Shown piece by piece: positions 17,201-25,701 of a stretch of 45,547 bases of DNA. Each line of letters begins with the position of its first letter. The stretch's first letter is position 1. This DNA comes from a virus (lineage: Duplodnaviria; Caudoviricetes): positions 1-45,547 of the IMG/VR virus record IMGVR_UViG_3300044849_000010; one strand, given 5' to 3'. The notes below the pieces were generated by a model, which worked only from the letters and a program-made list of their open reading frames with translations, was not told where the DNA came from and made no database searches. The position numbers and the translations under genes were made by a program.

Positions 17201-20200
17201 GAGATAGTTGATGACCTGATAGACCGGCAGGCGGCCAAACTCTGTCGCTACCTGCTCGCGGATCTCGCGCTTGGCATTGCGCCATTCGGTCGACGTCTCG
17301 CGCCGCACGTCCTGGAGCATGCGCGCCGACAGCTCTCGCGTTGCCTTCTCGACGGCGCGGCCGGCGACCTCGACGTAATCCTTCCATTGAGCCGGCGACA
17401 TGCCAGCCTCTTCCGCGCTCGCGAATTGCGGGCGGAAGTCGGAGCCGGTCTGAGCAAGTCGGATCTCTTCATCAGTGGCAACGAGGCGATCCATGACGCC
17501 CCGGATCTTGTCATTGATCGGGACGTTGAGATTACTCACGGACTGGTAGACGAAAACCAGCCATGACCGGAAACGTGAGAATATCCCCGCGACTTCGTTG
17601 GACGGTGCTTTACCTTCAAACAGGTACGCCTCAAACGAGCGGGCGAACTTCTCGTGAGCCTCGACCGAGATGGCCGCGTCATCAGTGATACCGAGATATT
17701 CCTTGGCAACCAGCCAGTCGGCCGAGACTGTCCCTGTGCCGCCTTCCTGGACGGCGAGATCCCGGAACACCTCAAGGAAGAAGTGCCCGCTCTCGTGCAG
17801 GAACGTCGAGGGGTTGGCGGCCTCAAACATATTGATGATCGTCCGGCCCTCGCCGAACTGGATCGAGCCACGCTTGACGCCGGCAGCGTCCTCGCCTTCC
17901 TGCGTTCCTTCCTGGAAGAGGATGCGCTGCTGCTCGCTGGCTGCCCGGATGGCTTCCGCCCGTGAGCCCTCAACGCCAGGATCATATTCGACGACGGGAA
18001 CGCGAGCATAAGTCAGCACGTCGCGGGTTTCCTTCGGAGCGTCCGATGGGATGACGGCCGCCTTGAACTCGCTCAATTCAACGGCGCGCTGTAGCTTCGC
18101 CTCGAAATATTCGGTCGGCATATTCGTGAGCTTGTCGAGGAACCTCGCCGCCGCCTGCTTCAAATCATCCGGCAGGTCTGTGTAGTATTTGTCGAGGACA
18201 GTCACGCCACGGCTGGCGACTTCCTTCAAGTGTTCGGAGAACGTGTCGAGGAAGCCATAGCCTCGCTGGCTTGGCATGAACTCTTCAAAGCGGCCAGCGA
18301 GAACAACGAACTCGTTGTCCACCTCTTCCTTGAGTGCCTGCATTGCCTCGCGGGAGATAAGGTCTCCGCGTGCCGCCTTGATGGCCGCGACGTTCTTGAA
18401 CTGCCGCGCGACGTTGGAGCGGATCGACGCGACGCCATAGTTAAAGCCCTCGCCATCGCGGAGCTTCTTCTTGAGGATCTTGACGACATTGTCCAGCGTG
18501 TGCGGCAGGTACTTTATGTCGCCGCTTGCGGTCTCTGCCATGACCGTTTCGCCGGAGATGACGGAGCTGAAATTCTCGTCTATCCATGCGGAGAACTCTT
18601 CCTGCTGCCAGGAGATCTGATCGCGCAATTCGTACCGAGCGGCCGACCTGTCGATGCCTGGACGCTTGGAGATGCTTATTTCGCTTTGGATCTTCCGGAT
18701 GACGTCGCTTCGGATTTCTCCATCCTTGCCGTAGTACCATCCACGGATATCAGCCTCAGAGAAATCGTCACGCGCATCAAGGTTGCGAGCAACGTCAAGG
18801 TCGATCGCGGCGCTGATAGCAGCGACCGCTTCCGGTTTTTGCAGGACTTCGTAGACCGTATCGTACTCGTTGACGAAGCTGGCGATCTCCGGAGACTTCT
18901 CCAGATAGTTTGTTGCCGCCTTCATTTGAGGCAGCTCGATTTCCTGTCCAGTCTCGCGCAGGTAAGTGAGCTGCACGGCAGAGCTGTTGCGGAACGCCTC
19001 AAGTCCCTGCCGCTCAACTTCGTTGTTATCCAGCTCGCCAGAAAGGACATGACCGAGATCTTCGGATGCCTTGCTCAGTTTCTTCCAAGCCTTGTTCATC
19101 TCCTTCGTCGCGATCTTGTAGCGAAGGGTCGGATAGCGAGGAGAGTAGACGTCAGCGTTGAAAACCTTCGATGCGCTGTCTTTGCGCGGATCTATCATGT
19201 CAACGTCGCCGAGAAGAGTGATCTCGCCGAAATTAGTCAGAGGAGCCTCGACGGACGAGATCGCAACGGACGGAACGGCCAGCCCCCGGATCTTGTCGGC
19301 ATGCAAGAGATTGGCAGAGGTAAGATTGTGCTGGACAATCATGTTTGGAACTGCGGCCTGATACAGTGCGCCGGTATTCGGATCGTCGGCGATAATACGC
19401 TCCAGCTCCGCGCGGATGTCGTCATCCGTCATACGGTTAGGATCGAGGCCGAGACGGTCCAGCTCGTCGGCGAATGTTACGAGAGCCTCCGCCCGCTCTA
19501 CGGCAGGATCGCGCGTCACTTGCGCCTTGAAGCGTTTCGTTCCGCCCATCTCTTCGGCGATCGCGTCGATCAAATCGTTGGCAGTCGGGCGATCTTCAAA
19601 CTCCGGGAAATATCCCTCCTCCCACATCTGGCGCGCGACGTCGTCGGCCGAGTATTGGTTATCGCCTCCGGCCAGCATGGACGCCTGTCCAGCCGTTCCC
19701 TTGCGGATGACGCCCTTCGGTGCATTGAGGGACGCGAGATCGCCTCCAGCGTCCTCTATGCCGCCACGCGCCTTGATGGCGTCAAGGAGCGACGCGCCCT
19801 TGCTCTTCTCAACGCGCTTGCGGAGAGGATCGACCGCGCCCTTGCGGATTGCCTCCAGGGAGATGTTGAGCCCGTCGACAGGCTTGTATTCGTTGTCCCA
19901 CCCTGGAATTGCGCGGCGGATCTCAAAACCATATTTCCGATATACCTCGCCAGGATCTTGACCAGTGCGATCGCCCATCACGCGGAAGAACGTAGAATAG
20001 AGCTTTGCGTATTGCTCCGCCTGATCCGGGACGAGGCCGGCATTCATGGCGCGATCCTTCACGTCGGCATGGATCTCCTCGACCGCCGTGACGGCCGCCG
20101 TCGTGGTCAGGTAGTCGCGCTCCGCCTGTGTCGCGACCTCTTGAGCCGCCTCCGCCCATGCCTCATTGAAGGCGTTCGCCTCGTTCATGTCCATACGGTC

Positions 20201-21835
20201 AGGATCGAGCTTGACGAAATCGCGGATAGCCTGCCCGATCTCGGTCCCGGCGATCGACGAGTAGTAGACGTCAATCGGGATCTCCATATCCCGGCCGGTG
20301 CGCGATGCCTCGTTGTATTCGTCCGTGATGCCTATCTCTGCGGCGTAAGCTCCAATCTCCTCGCTAGTCTGGAAGAATGTCGAAAAGGCCGTTGGGTTAA
20401 CATAGACGGTCTTGACCGGGCCATTTTCGGTAAGAGTGCGGACAACTTCCTTGGCCTTTTCGGGTAGACGCGCATTCAGCTCATTCCCTTGTGCATGCTC
20501 GTTGAGCGCCTGGATAACGGCCGCGTCGCTCGACGCTTGACGGGCGCGGCGGACGTCCAGGCCGAGGCGAGTGCCGGAGAGAGCCGGCCCCATGATCGTC
20601 ATGGTCTGGAGCGTCTGTTCAAAGGTTTCGGCCAGCCGGCCGGTGATGTCGTCGGAGGACATGAACGCGAAGTCCGCGCCCTCTCCGTTCGCCATGCTCT
20701 TCGCCATCTCGCCGGCAAAGATCTGGATGCCCTCTTGCAGGACTTCCGTCGTCACCTCTGTCGCGCCGGACTTGGCAATGTTCTGCGCAAAGGTCTTGAG
20801 CGCGGCCGCCACGGTCGGACGCGCGATCGCAGCTTTGACACCGTCGACCGTCAGATGCCCGGCGACCTTGTCGAGGCCCGGCACGAGCTTCGCCATGGCC
20901 TGGAAACCGATCGTCTCCAGGATCGCGCCGGCAGCGCCAGAGATCAACGCCGCGCCCTTGGCAACGTCCTGATCCATCGGACGGCCGTCCGCGTCCTTCA
21001 TGTTCTTGAACTCGTCGAAGGCAAGGCCGGACTGCAAACGGAACGATGCCTTGAGCTGGCCGGCGACAGCGCCGACCTTATAGCCAGCGGCCGCGCCGGC
21101 AGGAACCGTCAGGACTTCCTCCGGGAGAGCGACTTGCGGCCCGAGCTGGCCGGCGACGGCCGCGATCGTTGCGCCGCCGATCGCGCCCTTTATGCCCTGG
21201 TCAACGCCACCAAGGAGCGTCTCGATCATATTCGGGAGCTGCTGGAAAGTGCCCGCCCAGCCCTTCTCAAGCCAGCTATCCGCGCCGAAGGTTCGACCGT
21301 CGCGGCCTTGAGACATGAGATCGGCCGCGCGGATCTGCTCGCCCGAAGCCGTTCCCATCAATTCAGCATAACGCGCATTGGCAAGGTTCACGTCGGCGCG
21401 GCCGGATTTGAATGCCTGCCCTGCCGCCAGGGCGAGCCACTTCATGCCGGAGAACTGGCGAAGCTCGTCGATCTTGATCGCGTCGGCATTGTCTCCGGAG
21501 GCGTAGAACTGACCAAGGACGGGATCAGCATCGAAAAGCCGCTGCGCGTCCTGGATGCCCTTGAACGACTTGAGGCGCTCGCGATTGCGGCCGACGAAGT
21601 CGACAGGCACGCCGAACGTCTTGGCAAGCTCCGTATCTTCCGCATAGCCATCTGGATTGGCGCGCTGCCCACGGACGGCCGCGATATACCCTTGCTCCTG
21701 CGTCTTGGCGGCCTCGCGCTGGAGTAGCTCGCCAAAGATCGGGTCTTGCTCTTCCGGCTTCTCCAGCTCCGGAGACGGCGCGAACGTGCCTTCCTGCACC
21801 TCGCCAAGCATGCTGTCGAAGATGTCGTTTGCCAT
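14207..21835 (-). CDS. Giant internal virion/ejection protein, polyvalent-protein-like, with HExxH motif (2542 aa)
   Basis: ATG 21835 overlaps the upstream TAA; occupies the T7 gp16 position; STFLHESGHFFL...HEKFARSFEAYL zincin-like motif. Confidence 0.8.
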   Translation of the reverse strand: MANDIFDSMLGEVQEGTFAPSPELEKPEEQDPIFGELLQREAAKTQEQGYIAAVRGQRANPDGYAEDTELAKTFGVPVDFVGRNRERLKSFKGIQDAQRLFDADPVLGQFYASGDNADAIKIDELRQFSGMKWLALAAGQAFKSGRADVNLANARYAELMGTASGEQIRAADLMSQGRDGRTFGADSWLEKGWAGTFQQLPNMIETLLGGVDQGIKGAIGGATIAAVAGQLGPQVALPEEVLTVPAGAAAGYKVGAVAGQLKASFRLQSGLAFDEFKNMKDADGRPMDQDVAKGAALISGAAGAILETIGFQAMAKLVPGLDKVAGHLTVDGVKAAIARPTVAAALKTFAQNIAKSGATEVTTEVLQEGIQIFAGEMAKSMANGEGADFAFMSSDDITGRLAETFEQTLQTMTIMGPALSGTRLGLDVRRARQASSDAAVIQALNEHAQGNELNARLPEKAKEVVRTLTENGPVKTVYVNPTAFSTFFQTSEEIGAYAAEIGITDEYNEASRTGRDMEIPIDVYYSSIAGTEIGQAIRDFVKLDPDRMDMNEANAFNEAWAEAAQEVATQAERDYLTTTAAVTAVEEIHADVKDRAMNAGLVPDQAEQYAKLYSTFFRVMGDRTGQDPGEVYRKYGFEIRRAIPGWDNEYKPVDGLNISLEAIRKGAVDPLRKRVEKSKGASLLDAIKARGGIEDAGGDLASLNAPKGVIRKGTAGQASMLAGGDNQYSADDVARQMWEEGYFPEFEDRPTANDLIDAIAEEMGGTKRFKAQVTRDPAVERAEALVTFADELDRLGLDPNRMTDDDIRAELERIIADDPNTGALYQAAVPNMIVQHNLTSANLLHADKIRGLAVPSVAISSVEAPLTNFGEITLLGDVDMIDPRKDSASKVFNADVYSPRYPTLRYKIATKEMNKAWKKLSKASEDLGHVLSGELDNNEVERQGLEAFRNSSAVQLTYLRETGQEIELPQMKAATNYLEKSPEIASFVNEYDTVYEVLQKPEAVAAISAAIDLDVARNLDARDDFSEADIRGWYYGKDGEIRSDVIRKIQSEISISKRPGIDRSAARYELRDQISWQQEEFSAWIDENFSSVISGETVMAETASGDIKYLPHTLDNVVKILKKKLRDGEGFNYGVASIRSNVARQFKNVAAIKAARGDLISREAMQALKEEVDNEFVVLAGRFEEFMPSQRGYGFLDTFSEHLKEVASRGVTVLDKYYTDLPDDLKQAAARFLDKLTNMPTEYFEAKLQRAVELSEFKAAVIPSDAPKETRDVLTYARVPVVEYDPGVEGSRAEAIRAASEQQRILFQEGTQEGEDAAGVKRGSIQFGEGRTIINMFEAANPSTFLHESGHFFLEVFRDLAVQEGGTGTVSADWLVAKEYLGITDDAAISVEAHEKFARSFEAYLFEGKAPSNEVAGIFSRFRSWLVFVYQSVSNLNVPINDKIRGVMDRLVATDEEIRLAQTGSDFRPQFASAEEAGMSPAQWKDYVEVAGRAVEKATRELSARMLQDVRRETSTEWRNAKREIREQVATEFGRLPVYQVINYLRTGKTTMLPETMQRVYLDRDSIVEVMGEGALLKMPKSVPPLYRAADGLHADSLAEMFGYPSGHEMLTNIMSARPLNRAIVEETDLRMRQRFGDLMGDAVARAREVSAAIDNDATGELLMAEMEVLMKKGLVTTKLRKQDAQRVAREAVRGKNIREAVRVKLYQNANLRAAQEVEKAIIAGDWKAAVSAKQRQVLNHFMAVEAREAEKDTESAVRYLNKFAGRTRPKGIDPEYLDQIEGVLERFDLRKSISLKDAQRRNSLAAWIQEQEAQGHIVDVPDVLRRDAFRKPYKEMTVDDLLAVRDAVKNIEHLGRLKDKLLSNKEQREFLGARDEMLAALEAHQDKRKEPGTRNPTPVMLALETARSLEASQLKMEQVFDWMDGGDVNGPFNRYIWRPIAKAEARENELRAEYAAKIAMAFQKLDKDRLTARITIPGVAQTFRRSEIMAIALNMGNASNLDKMLRGEGWTQEILDRAVANLNDAEWETVQEVWDIINSLWPEIAALQKRLAGVVPPKVEARKFVTPTGKEMKGGYYPAIYDPRRSADVEDRAAANADLFIENTYLRPDTPRGFTKERAQMYARPMLFDLDAIGNHINGVIHDLTHREAIMDAVKFVTNGAVRNEIETRYGKAIYQQITPWLQSIAKDMQPNEGLNAVNKVFRSVRSRATMVAMGFRVSTMLAQIAGISSSAEMVPIKHLAGAIKDFGLNPAAMWREVDSLSGEMKFRQQTLDRDIKERLRELTGATSAADRARRFAFYGIGYLDRVVTVPTWMAAYRDHLSRYPTDKEGAIAHADKVVRLTQGSGGAKDLSALQRRNELTKLVTMFYSYFAAYYNRQRAWGRDAAKAVKAGNVREFPQLLARQVFMTIGPALLGEMLTGKGPEEDEDWEKWALRKVALYPVAAVPVARDFANYFNNGFDYSFTPIERTLNDMIVKPIELVGDIVEGEADARKASKVVINGAGLWFNLPTGQLATSVDNVWRAIEEDDFQLRDIVLTRPAK

Positions 21836-24732
21836 TATTTCCCTGCCTTCGCGCGCTTGAGCCATTCCCGGTAGAAGTTCGCAACCTCTTCGGTGGAAGC
21901 CGGGCGGCCGTAGGATCTAGCTAGACCCTGCCGTATCTTGGCGTCAAGTGCGGATGGCGGAGATGGAGCGCCGCCGAGGTCGACGCGGACCATGTCGTTA
22001 TACATGGCAACCGCCTCCTCCTCGCCTGGAGGAGCCGTCGTGCCCCAAATCTTGCGGTAGACCGAGACGACGGCCGGACGGATCTCCGGAGCGATATCGT
22101 CGACGGTTTCGGCCGTGTAGAACTTGGAGCGCTGCTCCGGCGTCAGCTCGAAAGCGCGGGCCTTGTCGTCGGAGATCAAGCCGGTCCCGGCAATTCTGCC
22201 CTCAAGCAAGAGATCGTCAACCATGGTCTGGATCTCAAGGCCAGTCGGCTCCTTGCCTGACGTCTCGACGTGCGCGGCAATCTTGAGATCCAGCGCCCGG
22301 TTGAGTGTCGCCATACGCATGGCGTCGTCGGGCTCTTTGCCTGGATCGAGGCCGAGGATGTTTTGCGCCTCGCTAACGATCTGCGTCCTGGTCCGGCTTG
22401 CGTTCTCCAGCGCCTTGCTTGCGTTCGGACGAACCAGCTCCGCCTGCTTATCGGCGAACGCGCGGAGATCACCACCCGACAGCTTGTCAGCGAAGTCGAT
22501 CAGGTCGACGGACTTGAACTCTTCCGGCGTCATGTTGACGAGCTTGATGTATGTCGCGTCGTCTGTCTTGTCGTCGCCGCCTGGAGCAAACTTGCTCTCA
22601 AGAGTTATGAGCTGAGATACGCCCTCGCTGCCGATCTGCTCCAGGATGAGAGGATCAAAGTCGCGGACCTTCTGCCCGCCGATGATGCCGCGAAGGACTT
22701 CCTTCTTGAGCCCGTCGATCTGCGCCTTGCCGGCCGCCTGCTGCGTCTTGATCTGATCTGTAATCTGGCGCTCCGCCTCCGCCAGCTTTACCGGGTTGTC
22801 GGCATAGATCTCGCGGACGTGCGACAGCGCGCCCTCAAGCGAGGGCTCCGCGCCGACAGTGAACGGCGAGACGGTCTTTGTGTAGAGATCCGACGCGCTC
22901 GCCGCCTGCGGCATAAGCTCGACGAGGCCGCTTACCTCGATGTCGGACCAGGCGCTTTCAATCCGCCCCTGTATCGCCGCCGCGTCCGTCGTGGTCTGGC
23001 CTCGCTCAACGCGGCCGCCCTTGGCAGGCTCGACGACACGAGCGCCCTTGCGAGCTTCCGCCGTCTCTATGTGCCACGGCTCATAGGACATAGGGAACGT
23101 GAGGCCGTACTTCTCCGCGTTCGCATGCACCCACTCGCGAACCTCTTTCGGAGCCGCCGAGAACCGGCCGCCGTTCCAGCCGAGATCCGCCGCCACGCCG
23201 TGATTGTGCTTGCTTCCGCCTGGACGAGCCACCCACTTGCCGGACTTGTCGGAGGCGTCCCATAGCTGTTGCTGCCGCTCGATCGAGCGCGCTCCGGACA
23301 TGATGTCGAGGCCGGCCTTCACATTGTCAGGAGCTTCGGCGATCATCGCGGCGAGGCGATCCGACATATCGGTAGACAGCCCGTCGACATGGTCCGGCCC
23401 ATGCTGTTTCTGGAGCCGTTCCTTGAGGAACGCCTTGCTGTCGCCGTTGTAATATTTCTTCGTCGTTCCGTTCACAGCGCCTTGAATATCGGCCGAGGTG
23501 TCGCCCTGGATCTCGACGCCACGATAAGCGGCCATGACCTTTTTTACATACGGAAGCGTCTCCTCCATCTTCGGGAGGACGGTATAGTCCCGGCCCGAAT
23601 TGAGGAACTTGACCGCATTCGCCGGCCCGGCGTTGTACGCGATAAGCGCCGCCTCCAGGTCTCCGCCGAACTTCTTTATCTGCGTCCCGAGGTACGCCGT
23701 ACCCATGCGGACGTTCGCGCTCTTGCCGGCCGGCGTCTGCCAGTATTCCTGGAGCTGGCTGTCATCCATCTCCGCGACGTGCTGTAGCCCGAGGCTCCTC
23801 GCCACCTCGCGCGCCGTCTCCGGCATGAGCTGCATGAGCCCTGCCGCGCCAGCCTCAGAGACAGCATCGGCGCGGCCCTCGCTTTCCGCGCCAATGACAG
23901 CGCGCACGACGTCAGCGGCCGGGCCGGAGCCAATGGCCTCCTCGACGGTGGTCCGAACCTCGCGGATATTGGAGATCGCGCCGATCAGCTTTTGAGCCTG
24001 CGCGTGATCCGTGCCGCTCACCTCGCCCTTGTGGCTCTCGTAGTAGTCGAGCGCCTTGCCTGGATCGTCTTGCGCCATGCGCTGGACAACCTGCAAGTGA
24101 AGCGCCGAGACGCTTTGACGCTCCAGTTCAGACACAGCCTCCGGAGGAAGTCCGTCCGGATTGGCGCGGATCGTCTTGCGGGCAAGGTCGAAGACGTTGC
24201 CGAGCGCGTCCGGGTTGTCGTAGCTGGCGATCGCGTCGGCTTCCAGGCCGGACAGCGCCGCCGTCTTGGCCGTGGTGCGGACTGCCTGCCGCTGTGTAAA
24301 CTCGTGCTTCTCGACATTGTCGAGCATGCTGTTTTCGTATTGCGTCCAGGTATTCTCAAACGCGGCCTTCTCTTCCGGCGTCTGGAAATTGCCGGATTGC
24401 TCCTCGCGGATCTTCTTGAGATCGGCCGCGACGCGATCGCTCGCGCCGTCAGCGTTGACGCCGGTCTGCTCCATGATGCCGCCAGGGCCGTAGAGCTTCT
24501 CACGCATGGTATCGGCGGCCGAGTTGGTAGCGTTCAGGATCTTCGCGGCCGCGTCCCGCTGGCGATCGCGCTCCTCGATCTGGAGCATATTGCCGCCAAC
24601 CTGCTGCAAGGCGTTGCCCGCCTGCGTCATGGCGCGAGCCTGCATGCCCCCGAAGTCGTCGGCCGAGACCTGGGGCAAGCGCTGCGGCTGCGTCTGCCTC
24701 GTGCCGCCTGGATCATAAACGGGAAGAGCCAT
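21835..24732 (-). CDS. Internal virion protein with lytic transglycosylase (SLT) and M15 peptidase domains
   Basis: AES..AVSEAGAAGLMQLMP..GTAYL..ALIAYNAGP (SLT); SGARS..QQQLW..SKHNHGVAADL..EPWH (M15). Confidence 0.88.
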   Translation of the reverse strand: MALPVYDPGGTRQTQPQRLPQVSADDFGGMQARAMTQAGNALQQVGGNMLQIEERDRQRDAAAKILNATNSAADTMREKLYGPGGIMEQTGVNADGASDRVAADLKKIREEQSGNFQTPEEKAAFENTWTQYENSMLDNVEKHEFTQRQAVRTTAKTAALSGLEADAIASYDNPDALGNVFDLARKTIRANPDGLPPEAVSELERQSVSALHLQVVQRMAQDDPGKALDYYESHKGEVSGTDHAQAQKLIGAISNIREVRTTVEEAIGSGPAADVVRAVIGAESEGRADAVSEAGAAGLMQLMPETAREVARSLGLQHVAEMDDSQLQEYWQTPAGKSANVRMGTAYLGTQIKKFGGDLEAALIAYNAGPANAVKFLNSGRDYTVLPKMEETLPYVKKVMAAYRGVEIQGDTSADIQGAVNGTTKKYYNGDSKAFLKERLQKQHGPDHVDGLSTDMSDRLAAMIAEAPDNVKAGLDIMSGARSIERQQQLWDASDKSGKWVARPGGSKHNHGVAADLGWNGGRFSAAPKEVREWVHANAEKYGLTFPMSYEPWHIETAEARKGARVVEPAKGGRVERGQTTTDAAAIQGRIESAWSDIEVSGLVELMPQAASASDLYTKTVSPFTVGAEPSLEGALSHVREIYADNPVKLAEAERQITDQIKTQQAAGKAQIDGLKKEVLRGIIGGQKVRDFDPLILEQIGSEGVSQLITLESKFAPGGDDKTDDATYIKLVNMTPEEFKSVDLIDFADKLSGGDLRAFADKQAELVRPNASKALENASRTRTQIVSEAQNILGLDPGKEPDDAMRMATLNRALDLKIAAHVETSGKEPTGLEIQTMVDDLLLEGRIAGTGLISDDKARAFELTPEQRSKFYTAETVDDIAPEIRPAVVSVYRKIWGTTAPPGEEEAVAMYNDMVRVDLGGAPSPPSALDAKIRQGLARSYGRPASTEEVANFYREWLKRAKAGK

Positions 24733-24747
24733 GGAGTACCCCTTTGA

Positions 24748-25242
24748 TTATCGTGCTGCGGCGGTGCGCGGCTTGTACCACTTGTCCGCCAGCGTGCCGA
24801 CGCCCGACATGACGGTAGAGAAAGCGCCGATCGCGCCGGCTTGTTTCGCGCTCTTCGCTCGCATGCCGGCCATGTCAGCGCCGGCCATGAGGCCAGCCCG
24901 CTCGCGTTCTGCATTGCCTTGGATGACTTGTGCGTCCAGCTCGCCGAGCATGGCCGTGTCCGACAAGATGGCGAGAGGAGATCCGGAGCCGAGATCCAGA
25001 TTGGACGCGGCGAGGACGGCGCGCTGTCGACCCTCAAGCGCTGCGGTGCGGCGACGGACTGCGTCCTTCTCCTGTTCGCCACGCTTCAACGCATCTTCGG
25101 CGAGGATCGTGTTTTGCTTCTGCTCGTATTCAGCGGCGGCAGCGGCGGCGTCGCCCTGTCGCTTTTGGCCGTAAGCACTCACGCCCGTCCCGACGAGGGA
25201 GGCGATAGCGCCGATGCTGACGGGATCGAAGCCCACACACAT
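24748..25242 (-). CDS. Small internal virion protein (T7 gp14-like position)
   Basis: Ala/Gly-rich, MC start, SGSPL motif; synteny. Confidence 0.7.
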   Translation of the reverse strand: MCVGFDPVSIGAIASLVGTGVSAYGQKRQGDAAAAAAEYEQKQNTILAEDALKRGEQEKDAVRRRTAALEGRQRAVLAASNLDLGSGSPLAILSDTAMLGELDAQVIQGNAERERAGLMAGADMAGMRAKSAKQAGAIGAFSTVMSGVGTLADKWYKPRTAAAR

Positions 25243-25701
25243 TTAAAGCCCCTTTCCAAAGCGGACGAACAAAGAGCCGAAACAACCGTGCGGCGCTGGT
25301 TCTTCCATATCAAAGCCCATCCATTTCAGCCAGCGAAGAGTTTTGACGTTCTCAGCCAGCGCGAAGTTCTCCAGCCTGGAGTATGCCTGAGTGATGCCGT
25401 CGAAGAACATGCGCGACTGTCTCGCATATTCCGTCACATGCCGATCGGCCTCGTCGGTCCCGAGAGCCCACGGCATGCCAGTATCTGACATTGTGGTACG
25501 ACGGCAGACGCCGAAGATGAGCGCCGGCTTGTCCTCGACAAAGGCGGTCCAGGAATAATCGGACATGGCCGCCGTCGTGCGGATCGCCGGCAGAGGCTTG
25601 AGCGCGGCGAGATAGTAGATCTCTTTCCGATCGGAGGCGCGGATATTGGCGGCGATATACTCGCCGTCCTCCGGCCGGTAACGCCGGATATCAGCCCCCA
25701 T
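25243..25701 (-). CDS. GNAT-fold protein (T7 gp13-like)
   Basis: IRASDRKEI..PWALGT..LENFALAENVKTLRWLKWMGF; synteny. Confidence 0.75.
   Translation of the reverse strand: MGADIRRYRPEDGEYIAANIRASDRKEIYYLAALKPLPAIRTTAAMSDYSWTAFVEDKPALIFGVCRRTTMSDTGMPWALGTDEADRHVTEYARQSRMFFDGITQAYSRLENFALAENVKTLRWLKWMGFDMEEPAPHGCFGSLFVRFGKGL

Noticed and set aside
18230-20467. 745-aa plus-strand ORF and other long antisense ORFs (14699..16201, 20489..21727, 32707..34335, 34860..36269, 4699..5688, 8595..9599)
   Set aside because: They mirror real genes on the opposite strand, as expected from high GC3 codon bias; no motifs or convincing RBS.
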